The notes: a model not told the origin generated them from the letters alone. DNA of 64,000 nucleotides from Chrysomallon squamiferum (GCA_012295275.1 CM022679.1:10540001-10604000); one strand, 5' to 3'; positions 9,371-23,570 are shown, counted from the first letter of the stretch. Numbers and translations are program-made.

Positions 9371-12300
9371 ATATTTTAAAAAATGAATAGTAATTAACAT
9401 ACGTAAGATATTTGTTCTATTTAAGATAAAATTATAAAAAGAAAAAGACATTTGTTACCAATATTAATAAGTTAGCATTAAAAATAAGTTTTTTCTTCTG
9501 ATTATATTCATTTGGCACTTTTTTATTTCATTTCAAAATGAATAAGAAATTTAATAATAGGTGTTTAATAACACTCTCTACAATTTTTAAGATTTTAAAA
9601 CGAAATTTGTGATGATTTTGTTGGTTATAAATAACAGCAATGTTTTATCTGACATTATTATTTTATTTTTTATTATTATTGGCATTGTGTACTGGTATTT
9701 CAAAAGTAAGGAGAATGCTTAATATTACTAAAGATATACTCATGGAAATAATTAAATTTATTGCTGATTACATTTCAAATCACTGTTATTTTTGTTTGAT
9801 AAATGAATTACATTTTAATATCTGTACATGTTATTTTTGATATTTAGCCATTAAATGTTTATGGAAATTTTTTCAAAATTTTAGAAATCTTTATTTTGTT
9901 TTTCTTTTGTATCTTTCATTTGCTGTTTGTACATGCATGCACTTATAAGTATTTTAATTATTTTAGTTTGTTTTATTATCTTTATTTGATTTTGTTTTTC
10001 ATGGTTTTCATTGGCAGTATCTTTCTATTGCATTTCTATTGAAATAATATTGGAGAAAAAACTCAAACATTTATCTTGCCAGCATTGGTGAAAATGACTG
10101 TAAAAAGAAAATTATTTGATAAAAAAATTAGATTGTGTTGATTTTAATCTACCAAGATTTTGTAATCAAAATATCAAACGTCTTGTCATTGCTTTTCATC
10201 TACTCTTGTGAGAAACAATGACGATGTTCATACAGATTTTGTTTTTAAAGTTCTTATGACTTTGTCTTAATTCTGTCTTTTTATAATGATCGTAAGGACA
10301 AATTCCTAATTATTATTATTATATTTTTTTTCAAAATCAAAAGCTATATATTTAACATTTAATATACAAAACATCTCAATTTTCTTTTCTGAATTGAAAA
10401 CTCCACATTATATACTCATTTTTGTTTCTGTGTCAACAATTTATGTAAAATCTGTTCTTGTTGTAATAGTGAAATAAATGTCAAAAGTTTTGAACCTTAA
10501 ATAGCAGAGCCAGTGGAACGATCAAAGTAGTTTCATTGATTGATTTAAATCCATCAAAACAAGATGGTGGCATTTGTTTTTAAAAGAAGATTTTGTAACT
10601 TAAGTGATGATGAAAATTATTGTTTCCACGAAATATTGTAGATTAATTAACCTTATGATGTAATAATGTCTGAGAATACTGAATGTAATTTACAAATAAA
10701 ATTAAAACTTAGTTTTAATACTAAAGTATCAGTTCTGATGTTCATATGTATTGATGAAAAAATAAATTGGGAATAAAATGATTTTTATATTTATCTGTTA
10801 ATATTGATATTTTTACTTAGAAGATAATTTTTATGCTAAGTTTTATTTAAGTATGGTTATTGTGTATTTAGCTGGGTATTAATTCAGTTTTATGAAAATA
10901 GAACAAAAAGATAATGTGTTATAAACTAGTTTCAAATTTTCATAATGCCAAAATGGATTTGTAAAATCAGGTGTTAATATTAGCAATTTGAATCATTATT
11001 ATTACTTCAAAAAATGCTGAAATTTTTTTTATAAAATGAAATTAATAACAATAATAATTTAAAAATTGGTGTTGGCCATAGCCTTGTATACACATTTTAG
11101 GTAAGTGGTTTTGAAGATTGTTACCATTGTTTATTTATGGTTGTGATATGTTTGTTATCTCGTTCAGGTTGATCAGAAAGTTTTTGTTTTCTGCTTTTGT
11201 TTATAACCTTGCAGTGAAAGTATATTCTCTTCTCAAGGTAACAACATAGATTTGCTTTTGGTTTTTTATCTTTAATCATTAATGATTGTGGGGTTTTTAA
11301 TTTTTAATTTTTTTTTCCTTTAATCATAGATGATAGTTTTCCAGCAAGTATTTTTTAAGTTTTAGCATAGATCTTTTTTTTTATAGTCAAAATTATTTTC
11401 AGGCAGTTTTGTGAAAAACTCTCATCTGTGATTAATACAATTTTAATTTTTATAAATGATCAGTGTATTCACAAAGATGTGTTTTTGTAATGTTTTTGTT
11501 GTTTGTACTTTTCAATTATTTCATTTTAGCTGGGCCCTTATGAAGCATATTTTAAAAAGTGAAATACAGAATATTATTTATAAGTTCAAAACGTATGTTG
11601 AGAAGTGTAAATTTATGAATTAAAATTGGTTTTAAATTTGTAAAGACGCCCAATCTTCAGCATAAAAGGATAGTTTTACTGTATGTGTTTAGCTTACTTC
11701 CTAAGGGCCTGTGTGTAAAGCAGTTTAAAATTCTTGATGCATATCTTAACATTCTGTGATCATTTTAACATTATTACAACATGGAGCATTGCGTTCTGCA
11801 GTTTTTAAAATAATTCCTTTATCAAAGTAAATTTGTCAGTAGAACACAAAAATTATGTAGATAGTTTTTTTTTTTTCTTTGCTTGTAGTAAAATGTTTTT
11901 AATATTATTTCACTGGTCCTATTTTTTCTTTGTCTTATTTTCTTTTTATTAAATGTTTTTTAAAAATGCTTTTGGTCAGATTAAAAAATTTAAAATCATT
12001 AATTATGTAGTCTGTACAAAGAAGAGAATTGTTTTATTTATTCTGCTAAAAATACAGCCACAGACTATTTTATAAATTAAACATTTGGATGTTATATTAA
12101 AAACAGTGCCTAAAACAGTGACATCTGATATACTGTTCGTGGACAATGATGATAAATTTGTTATGTCTTAATAGAGACCAGTTTGAAATTTATTGTAAGA
12201 GATATTTTTCAGAGTTTTTGTTTATCAAATGCAATATATAATACTCTATGCTTGTAAATGATTTGGTTTTGTTTTTGTGATTAACAAAAATTGTCATCAG

Positions 12301-12850
12301 TATAATTGTAACATTGTAATTTTTATTTATCAACATCCATTCCATTAATACTGGGGTTTTTTCAGTGATTCATGTTTGTATTATTATTATTTGATGAAAT
12401 TTCTAATTCAGTAATTGATGCAAAATTTATAGACTTAATGTTGTTAAACATTTTTAAACATTCTGTCCAAAATATTTTGAAATTATTTTCTGTGAGGAAG
12501 ACATTTTTGACAAGTAAAATGATAGCAATATTTATTTATATTTTTTTTAATATGGAAGTGATAATGGATATGAAAACACAAGCACACATAACCACAACAT
12601 AACACATGCACATGCACTTACCATGGTGAAAAACATACTTACACATGCACTATAAATCCTGAGTACACATAGTACACAAATACACATACACAGAAAATAC
12701 ACCAACAAACTTTTATATTAGCATTATGTTATTCTGATATAGAGACGCATTTATAATTTTACCTGTATTCATACAAAATTTCTTTTCTAGACTATTGCTT
12801 TTTCATAGAATGTTTGCTCACTTGTATTCTTAATCTGTACCACTTGTCCA

Positions 12851-12856
12851 AATAAA
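12851..12856 (+). terminator. Candidate polyadenylation signal
   Basis: AATAAA, then gtatgtattttgttgttcgaatgtgtttatgtg (GU-rich downstream element). Other AATAAA copies near 10473, 10695 and 10761-10777 are alternatives. Confidence 0.45.
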
Positions 12857-12902
12857 GAATGAAAATGTATGTATTTTGTTGTTCGAATGTGTTTATGTGA
12901 AG

Positions 12903-12940
<38 letters not shown>

Positions 12941-14063
12941 TTAAAGAGAAATTAATTGTGATGAATAAAAGGTATTTTGGAACATTTTTCCTTATAATTC
13001 ATCAATACCATTTTGCAGTTCATGTAACATAAAGGCTGTACAATATGTTTAAATCCAGATCTGTTGTTCTTTTATTACATACTGAAAGGATACGAGCTTT
13101 TTTCAATAAATCATGAATGAAAAAAAAAAAAAAAAAAAATGTATCACAGGCAATCTATGAGTCATTCAGCAATACCTTAAATATAACACCATTAACCACA
13201 CAGTTTAGCTATTAACCAAGTTAAATGCATACTTATACACCTAGTGACGATAAAATGATTGCTTGACTTGCTTGTAAACTGATAGGATTCATAAAAAAAT
13301 AATCACTTCCCAACAGGCTTATGTTATTTCAGTGTTAACAGTGAAAGCACTAATGTGAAGTTGTGGGTTATAAAAGACGTCAAGATTGTTAAGCTGTTGT
13401 AATTATTTAGAAATTTATTTAATGTTCATTTAAAAAAAAAAAAAAAAAAAAATTTAAAAGTTTTATTTGCTTTGTTTAGGTCAGTATTAGGAAATATTTC
13501 AGATTCTGATATATATATATATACATACAAACATATACATACATTATTGTACAGTGAAATTATAAAATGTTGAAATGTTAAATACATTTCTAAATTTTAC
13601 AATTTTATTTATTTATTTATTCATTTATTTATTACATTATATTAATATTCATACTACAGTAGATCTGAAGAAAAAAAACTGTCATGTGCTTCGACATAAT
13701 TAGTGACACATCTTAATTCGAATATATTTGTAAGAATTAATGTCATTTTTCTCTATTTACAGACTTATTGTATTAGTAATTAAATTATGCATTTAAATAT
13801 CTGATGTGCATTCTAAATATTTAATGAATTATTTTTAAACATTCTTGTGTGAACTTATATTTAATAGAATACACAAATGCTTTGGTGTATGTCTGAAGAA
13901 TAACAGCGTCGCAGCTGAATATTAATGCGTAATCATGTAAGTGGTAACTTCAAATGGGAAATAACTCTTGCTGGTTTCTTGAAAAATGTATTTAGTTACT
14001 TTTCCTTAATTCTTTGATAAAGTTAAAATAATAATAATAATAATAATGAAAAATAATAAATAA

Positions 14064-14115
<52 letters not shown>

Positions 14116-14664
14116 TAATGTCTTTTTCTTATTGTTGGTAGTAGTTGTAGCAATGACAGCAATTTAACTGTAATTACAATCATATAAGAATTTGTATTTT
14201 TTAATGAACAACCAAACACCCTTTGTTTAGCAGCATGGCCTATTTTACTACAGGATACATTCCACATCTTGGAAAAAACCACACATACAAACTCTCTTAT
14301 GTCTCTGTCTATAAGCAACATATTTCAGGATGCCTTATTTGAAATAATTAATGATGTTAAACTGTAAAATTCAGAGGCTTCAGATTTGATGACAAATGAT
14401 AACATGGGTTCAAATTAACATTGTTTGAGATTCACGTTCACATTTAACTAAAATTACGGTTTTAAGGCTTTATAATAGCTGTAAAATCCGGGAATAATTA
14501 GAAAATTAAGCTTACTGCTGTCATCTTACTGTTCAAATAACAACAGCAGCAGCAGCAACAACAACACCACCAACAACAACAATACATGTAATGCATTTAA
14601 TAATAATAATCAGGAAATTAATATATTCTTATTTATTTATTTCTAAAATTTCTATTTGTTACTA

Positions 14665-14705
14665 CAGTGAAACTCTTCTTAACCGAACACCCTTAGGGCC
14701 GAATC
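14665..14705 (+). mobile_element. Solo pogo/Tigger-like terminal fragment
   Basis: ta|CAGTGAAACTCTTCTTAACCGAACACCCTTAGGG resembles TA|CAGT-starting pogo-type ends, like the element at 33087. No partner end seen. Confidence 0.4.
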
Positions 14706-15356
14706 AGTTACTACCAGCATCTTTACCACTCTTACTTGTTAAACAACAGCTACTACTATCACTGTTATCGCTTCCCATTTTAACACGACTTAGTGCCAAA
14801 CAAATGTTTTGTACAGAATATTCTATGTTATTATTAGAAATAACTTGGATTTATTTCGGTAGATATTCTCGAAATTTCTAAAGTCACCTTTTGCAAGAAA
14901 ATTAATTTGAAAATAAATGTGAAATAATCAAACACCCAGTACTGAAACAACCCTTGACAATTAAAACAATAACTGTATTATCTACAATGATTTACTGAGA
15001 AGACAGATATCGTATTTCCTACGACATCATTATTCATGGTCATTTGCTGTGGAGTCGCTTCCATCTTGGTTATTAACTTTTGTTATTAATGTTATTTCCG
15101 CCATTTTATTTGTGACCATTCCGTAATTGGCTTTCTTCTAGCCTCTTTTTACATTATGTTCTGTCTGCTATTTGACACTCAGGATTTCTCAAAGTTCATG
15201 TTTGCGTATTATTTTCATGAAATATGAGAACATTTTCCTATTTTAGGATCAGCACGCCGGATCTTATATGTTACCAATGAACCATCGTGTCTGCTGCCAT
15301 CTTCTTTAATAGCTTTTGAGAGACAACCTGAATCTCACTTGACTCGTATATTTGAA

Positions 15357-15390
<34 letters not shown>

Positions 15391-15716
15391 ACGTTGGTAA
15401 TGACCTCAGTAAATTCATAAATATTATTAATTGTTGAAAACTGGAGAAGATTTACTGATTTATTCGAGTTAATAATTCCAGATACTCAGGTCTGGACGTT
15501 AAACGTGTTCTGTTAACAAACTGTCTCATCTCTTGAACATCAACGTTTTCCGTTCCGTTTTGTTCGGAATATTTATTAGTGTTGTTGTTTTTGTTGTTGT
15601 TGTTGTTTTATTTCAGTTCGTCTCTTGCAAATTGGAACGATCTGTAGCTCAGCCTTCCTCTGATTTCCCACTGGACAATATCCCGTTCCACAAAGTGTCC
15701 ATAATTAGTTTATCAG

Positions 15717-15759
<43 letters not shown>

Positions 15760-16250
15760 CGAGTTTGTAGCCTATACTGGTGTGAATTTACGTATGTACA
15801 AATTCTCGTAAACAGTCCTGTTCAGTGAACTCTGGAAATGTTTCTGTGATAATTTAATCTACTGGAAGAGAAGTAAATTAAGACAATGCGACGAAGACTG
15901 TATTAATTGCGCCCTTTCGCACTGGCGTCATTGCGTTGCTCTATATACAGACTGGAAAAGTCAGAGAGGCTGATAGTTAATTGGATGAGATAGTTTCCCG
16001 AGGTGGCAGCATAATCAGTGTCAAATTGAAAGGGAAAATCTAACGGTCCGGTAAACAAACGAAACGGTATTTCGTGAAAAGAAATAGGTGATTCTCAAAT
16101 TTGGTCATCGATTGTACACTAGTGATAACTATGTCGTTACACACAGGGAAAATCGAGATTAAAGTGTGTGATAAAATCATTTCAATTGACTTGCGGCAAA
16201 TTCATCTGAGCCTCATTAATTTTTGGTGGATTTTTTGTGTGTGTGTGTGT

Positions 16251-16252
<2 letters not shown>

Positions 16253-16318
<66 letters not shown>
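16253..16318. repeat. (GA)n microsatellite preceded by (GT)n
   Basis: Seen directly in the sequence. Confidence 0.95.
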
Positions 16319-16320
<2 letters not shown>

Positions 16321-17602
16321 CTGAAGGAACGTATGTCTGAATACTGTTATCTCTAATGGCTAATGGCATAATTCTGTTTCTCCTGCTCGACAAAAACATA
16401 TATATATCTTTTGTAATTATTGTCTTATAGGACTGAACCAATATAAGCATTCAGTGGAATCGCACAATTCACATGCTCTGATCTCAGACATGCCAGTGAT
16501 GTCTCGGTGGATATCCTACTCGTTGAACATTTCTTTCTTTTTTAATTTGTTTTGATATTAGTATTTGGAAAATCAAAATCAAAACATAAACAGTTCTCCT
16601 GAGAAAACAAATAAACAATAATATTATTAAGAAAAACATATAACTGAAGAGACAATAAATAAATAAATAAATAAATAAATAAATATACTTTAGTCCTACG
16701 TGGCATTCGTCGTGTGTTTCAAAAACTAGTGCTGAAGAAAACAAATTGTTAAAATGATCTAAACTGGTATAATACAGTAAGATATTATATAGCATTAAAA
16801 AAAACTTGAAAAGAAGCTAACTTTTAAATGACATCAGTTAGTGTTTGTTTTGTGGGTTTCTGTAATCAGTAAAAAAAAAAAAAGAAGAGAAAAATGTTTT
16901 ATTTATCGTCGTTCAAATTTTTTTTTTTTTTTTTTTTTTTGTTTTTTTTTTTTGTATTTATTTTTTTGTATTTAATATTATTTTTTTTTTTTTCTGAGTC
17001 TATCTCTTAACAGTGACCTCCTTGTATTCACTTGCTGGCTTCACCTCATCAAGCACGATGACTTAGTAGTCTGCAGACTGTTGGAACTTTGGTTTCAGCC
17101 TGACTCACTCAGTATCTTGTATCGTAGAAACGATTCAATTTGATTGATGACTGCACGTCACTGGACGTAATATGAAACTGTGTTGATTTTTCGGACACAT
17201 ACGATAAATTATTATGAATGGCAAGTGTCCAGCAAAAAGTTGCAGAGTTAGAAACATACTGAACGATAAAAGATACTCAACGTAAGTTACGTAAAGTTAA
17301 ATAAAAACAGTGTATTTAATGTACTTAAAGATGTGAGTGTAAAGCAGCTTCTGGGCTGATTTAAAGATGGGCGTGGCACAAGTGTACAAGAAGGTTTATA
17401 AGAAAGATGCTAAAACATAAAATGATGTACTATAGTTTTAGTCGTTGAACTTCATTGCATATCAGATCAAACAGTCCTTAAAAATATACTTTATTACAGC
17501 AAATGAAATAATTCGGTTTGACGACACTTCAATATAAAGTACAAAATTTCCTTAAAAAGATACTTTGTGAAAGTAAATGAATCAATATTTGTTTCACAGT
17601 TA

Positions 17603-17830
17603 TTCAACACATTTTAATATTAAAACTCATTAGCTACGATGTATAATGTTTCATGTATAAGTGAACGAATAAGAGAAAACAAGCTTTTTTTTTCATTAAT
17701 TCATTGTTTATTCATGTACATTAGCAGTAATGAATCCCCTTCACTGTTTTTTGAATGATAATATTAGTTGGGGACACTGGTTGGAACGAGAAAATTATAA
17801 AGAGCACACTGATCACTGAGCAGCTACAGG
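17603..17830 (-). mobile_element. Decayed SINE-like copy, minus strand
   Basis: The reverse complement of 17775-17793 (tttctcgttccaaccagtg) matches 18700-18718 at 14/19. A-box-like gtagctgctcagtg on the minus strand at 17814-17827. Confidence 0.45.
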
Positions 17831-18630
17831 GTTACAAATCGCTGTAGTTATTATTGCATGTCTATCGCTATATCGCTACATATTGCTCCAATTTACCTTT
17901 ATCGATTTTCGTCTTTATATACATGTAAAAGAACTAACGATTCAAGTTTATTTTTTTCTGATCTCAGATATCTGACCTTGCTTTCAAGACGCCAGTCTAG
18001 CAATTCATCTGCTCTTTTATCCTAATGAGAATGCAAAAGCTTGCGACAGTATTTAAAAATACATTCTCTGCAACCGTCTTGCCGATGACGTTAAAGTTGT
18101 TGACGCAGTGCAGTAAACACGACAGTTGTCATGTTCCGTGGATTTGCCAGCGGAAGACGTATAATTTGAAAATGACAGGCTGTCGTATTAATATTGAATT
18201 TTTCACGTACTTCGTTCTAAACAGAATGCTGCCGATGCTTATGGGTATTGTTGTCATTGACGCTTGTTGCAGATTCTCCGTTGTTTTGTTGGATATCTTG
18301 AAATACATCGCTTCAGCTACGTGCCAAAACAGAAATATTTAACGGATTATCATCAACGGAATAAATATTGTTACGTTTAGAAAGATTAAAATTTGGATAC
18401 ATTCATGTATCTGTCTAACCATCCGTCCATCCATGCATGGATACACACACATATGTAGTATTATTAGTGTTGTTAGTATTATTCAAAATTATTATTTGGA
18501 TGTAAAAAAACACCTTCTTCTGCTAACTCAAATTAAAAAACAAACGAGTACGGCTTATAAACGTGGTTTAAAAATATACTCAGTGCATCATTAAAACAAA
18601 AATTTCTTCCTTCCATATTTCCTTCTTGAT

Positions 18631-18920
18631 CGGAATGAAGCTCAGCGTTACTGTGAGTTGGGTCGTCTGAACGATCCTTCTTGGTAGACCCACTAAACAT
18701 TTCTTATTCCAGCTAGTACTCCGCAGCTGATGTAACAAAGACCGTGGTTTGTACTATCACGTCTATGAGATGGTACATATAAAATACTCCTTGATGTTAG
18801 AGAGCGACAGTGGAGGTTTTTTTCTCATTATTTGAATGGTCCTTAACCGAATATCTGAGAAGCCACATCGTCATCTAACCGTAAAGAAACCATGTGCGAG
18901 TCGTTACGCAAAACATTCCC
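18631..18920 (+). mobile_element. tRNA-derived SINE-like element (decayed)
   Basis: A-box-like agctcagcg and degenerate B-box gaacgatcc. The body (ttccagctagtactccgcagctgatgtaacaaagaccgtgg...ggtacatataaaa...ggtccttaacc...taaccgtaaa) resembles, from memory, a SINE common in gastropod genomes. Related copies occur in this window. Confidence 0.65.
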
Positions 18921-18969
18921 GTCCTTGCCTCAACACATGTTAACGCCTCAACTTCAGAACGTTGTTTAT

Positions 18970-19355
18970 TACTCTGCGACTGGGAATGCATGACAACAAC
19001 CTTTATTTTGCTAGCAATTAACCACAGGAGTAGCCCTTATTTGTTTTTTATGTCTTTTAAGTCTGCTGGAATATGACTTTTGAAGATTTTCCAGAATGAA
19101 TATGAAAGTCAGCATGTTAATAATAACTGTCACTGGCCTCACTGAAGAGGTCAGAGGCTGTGTATTCAGCATCGATACTTCAGTATATGTTGTTTTTGTT
19201 TCTCTAACAGAGGTCGTAACTCTTATATTATAAAGGAGAAAGTGCAGACGTCAAAGGTAAAATGAAGTTAAAGACGTAACACACGAAGGGCTACTCCAGC
19301 GGTAGTTACTGTTAAAGATAACAGTTATAACGATGCCTCCTGAGATAGTCAGAAT
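18970..19355. mobile_element. Old MITE-like element with long degenerate inverted arms
   Basis: Perfect inverted 12-mer ggagtagccctt (19027-19038) / aagggctactcc (19286-19297), within a weaker inverted similarity extending at least 45 bp. Confidence 0.6.
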
Positions 19356-19987
19356 AGCTGAGAAAGGGAAACGTAACAGACTGACACTATAAACTGTATT
19401 ATGCGCTCAATCAGCGTCAACATCTCAGATGTAATACACTGCGGTAATTGTTATCTAGACAATGGTTACATTTTGTCTTCCGAGATGGAACAACAAGCAA
19501 AAACGAGACGCTAAGTACTGCACGGCACGCGCAAACAGTGTCATGGTGTATATATTATATAAATAGCAAAGATACTGACAGTTACTAATTAACGTCACGT
19601 CAGTTATTCTGATTGATTTTGATCTTTTCTCCCCGGGCTTGTCTACTGGTGTCCAGATGTTAATTAAATTGGCAAGATAGAGCTTCGCCTTGAAAATTGC
19701 AGCCAGTCACAGGTCGAACAGTTCGAATCCTTCAAATACAATTCATACGATGTTTCGAATGGTTTTATTGAGTATACCGTTAATATATATGTAAATAGGG
19801 TGTCCGAATTTGTGCCTGATCGTTTTGGGATTTCTGTCATCGTTTGGATAGTGTGGTTTTAATAGTTTGTTTTGAAGATCTTCTGAAGTCCGAAGAAATT
19901 GTGATGAAAATTCACAGCTGAAAATAATGAAGTATAAAAAAATAATGTCAGAGAAAGAAGAAATAATAAATTGTAAAACTATGGTAT

Positions 19988-20290
<303 letters not shown>

Positions 20291-20556
20291 ACGTAAAAAA
20301 CAAAACAACAATAAAAAAAAAAAAAAAAGGAATAGAAAAAAAGAACCACTTACAGACATTACGCAAAATAAACATAACTAGCTTTTTTACCAAAGTAACA
20401 CGAACAATATAAAGCAATAACAAGACCAACAAAAGTTATGTAATCCTGTTGTCATAGCGTAATTGTTAGTTACAAATGGCATTGACGTCATACGCATTGT
20501 ACCTGCCAAAAAAAAAGATTACTAGGAAGAAGTGAAATCTATTATCTTTCTTATCC

Positions 20557-20604
<48 letters not shown>

Positions 20605-21032
20605 TGTCTGTTGTTCTGATTATCCTATAAAATCTCTTTTCTTTTGGAATTATCAGAGAAGGAACAGCGATGACCCACCGGAAGTGTATTCTTTTATTTC
20701 TTTGTAATTTCCTTTTTCTTCTTTTTAATTTTTTTTTTTTTTTTAATTCTTAATTTTTAAAAAAAAAATTTAAAAGGAATCCACGCTAAATGTTGTTTCT
20801 CTTTTCTTTTTCTAATATCAAATTCGACTATAAATTTATTCATGTTTCAGTTTAAATTTTATTATTGTTATTATTTTATTATTATAATTACAGATATTGC
20901 GCAAAAAAAAAAAAAAAAAATAAAAAAAAAAAAATAAATAAATAAATAAAATAAAATAAAAAAAAAAAAAAAAAAAATAAATAAATAAATAAAAAAAAAT
21001 AAAAAATAAAAGTTATATTAAGTTCGTAATCC

Positions 21033-21104
<72 letters not shown>

Positions 21105-22041
21105 CATTATTATTATTGTCTATTTCCAACAGAATGTATTAGGTATTTCGTAATTTTAACAGGACTTGGCTTGCTTGAGAACGAAATAAATACTGAAACA
21201 GTGAATGGTGTGTGCTAACGTCAGAGTTGAAGAGACTAGTAATAATCAAACAGTTTGAACCCTTTTGGCACAACCGCCGGCCATATAAGACGTTCATTCC
21301 AGACCGAGTTTTTCTTATTCTGTACAATATATTCGAGATCATTATTATTTTTGTCAATTGCCTCTAAACTCCAATTATTATCAAATATTGGGTCTTGTCG
21401 TGCCATTTACATGTCAGAGCATAACAATTTCAAAAATCTAGGTTGTCGCAAATCATTTTCGGACTCGTATTGATCGTGGAGGAAGTCATGGGACTTTCCG
21501 AGTTGTGTTTGGCAAATAAATTACCTCTGAAGGTTAAACGGATTAAACTATCTTCATTATACTTTAATAACAGATCGTGTGTGTGTATCTGAATATCGTT
21601 CGCTTAATATCGTTATCGGTAATATCGGTGATGCGGTCCCAATTTTCCTGGCATCGTTATTCAAAAGTTTAACGGAATTGAGCGATGTTTTTCGAAATTT
21701 CAAGTCAGCTCTAAAAAGAGAGAATACCGACACCAAGCTGAACGCAAACGGGAACTGAAGAGATATTTTGAAATCCAATTTGCTTCGAGTTAAAGCTCGC
21801 ACTTATAAGTAATGAAATGGAAACTTTCTTAAGTTCCCCGTAAAATCGATGTCTTCGACTTGATGGTTTTGCCCGCGGTAATTACGAGTTTATAGAATTA
21901 CTCTTACCGTCTTTTTGTCTGAGAGAGAACTACATTATACAATTTGATACGAAGGTGACTGTCATCTGTACACATGACTTACTTATTTAGAATTACTTTG
22001 TTAAGAAAGGTACGTGCGGTGATTGCCGCTTTTCCATGCCT

Positions 22042-22325
<284 letters not shown>

Positions 22326-22779
22326 TATATTTACGATATTAATAAGCTTTTATTTCAATTTTCTAATTTATCTGACAGAACTAAAACAGAAAACTTAAAG
22401 TCGTTTTCGGTAATTAGTTTTTATTTGAGTCGAATCTGTCCTTCTATTTCATTTTCTTTTCTTTCTTTAATGTTTTCTTAAACATTTTTTTTACTCATAA
22501 TATTATTACACTGCTGTACACGATTTCCTTTTTTAAAGAATGATGAAGATAATTTAATCCCTTTTACATGTAGAGCTAAAGAAAAAAACAAACAAACAAA
22601 ACAAATCAAAATATTGATCGATGTTTTTTTTTTTTTTTTTTTCCCTTTTCATAAGACAGAATTAAATAATGCAAATTAATATTGTCATATCTACTGTTCA
22701 CCAAAATACTGGTTGATCTCTCCCATGGAATAAAGATTTTTATTTTATAGAACTAATCTTGCTAGCTTTTATTATGTAA

Positions 22780-23315
22780 CGTTAAATAACAGTATTTTAT
22801 AGTTTGTATATAATGGTTGATTGTACTTTGTAACTGTACTTTATATTTTAATTATAATTATGCATTATGGTTTGTATCTAATGTTTTATGTCGTATAAAT
22901 ATACTTTGTATGTAACTGTACTTTATATTTTATATATAACTATGCATTATAGTTTGTATCTAATGTTTTATGTCGTATAAATGTACTTTGTATATAACTG
23001 TACATTATATTTTATATTTAACTATAGATTGTAGTTTGTATCTAATGTTGTATATTATAGTATAAATATAGTTTGTAACTACATCATATCATTTATATCA
23101 AACGTTGAGTTATAGTTTGCATGTAACTGTAGATTTTATTTTATATATGATTATACATTACAGTTTGTAGCTAATGTTATATATATGTTGCATAAAAATA
23201 TTTAGTATGTAACTGTACATTATATATTTTGAATATAACGATACCTTATAGTTTGTATGTAACTGTACATTATGTATTCTCTGTAACGAAACATTTTATA
23301 TTTTACGTGAAAATA

Positions 23316-23346
<31 letters not shown>

Positions 23347-23570
23347 TATTATTATTATTATTATTATTATATAATCATACATTACAGTTTGTATGTAACG
23401 TATTTTACATTATGTATGTCATTTTATGCTGTATGTGACGGTATTTAATGCGTTGTGTGCTACTGTACAATATGTTTTGTATATAACACTGCAGTATGCT
23501 TTGTATATATGCTTTGTGCATTATAGTCTGTATGTAATGGTACATTTTGTATATAACTATGTTTTATATT
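22780..23570. repeat. AT-rich minisatellite: ~20-21 bp subunit with an 82-bp higher-order period
   Basis: taactgtac.ttatatttta...tttgtatctaatgtt at 22831, 22913 and 22995 (period 82), decaying into taactgtacattat-like subunits. Confidence 0.85.

Larger units (their letters stand above)
8817..12880 (+). other. Probable long (~4 kb) 3' UTR of the LITAF-family gene
   Basis: T-rich and CpG-poor, without the long dinucleotide microsatellites common elsewhere. Ends at AATAAA 12851-12856 followed by a GT/T-rich tract. The 3' end is inferred. Confidence 0.5.

Noticed and set aside
12901-12938. Long A-run after the polyA signal, suggesting a retrocopy
   Set aside because: The gene has introns, and A-runs are ubiquitous in this window.
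19700-19740. B-box GTTCGAATCC suggesting a tRNA gene
   Set aside because: No A-box at a suitable distance and no cloverleaf stems visible.
21557-21802. Non-repetitive minus-strand ORF (81 aa) and overlapping short ORFs nearby
   Set aside because: No recognisable domain, non-ATG start and no consistent splice framework.
21908-21918. Minus-strand 11-nt microexon-like match (and a 15-nt one near 42993)
   Set aside because: No linked exons or reading frame; such matches are expected by chance in AT-rich DNA.
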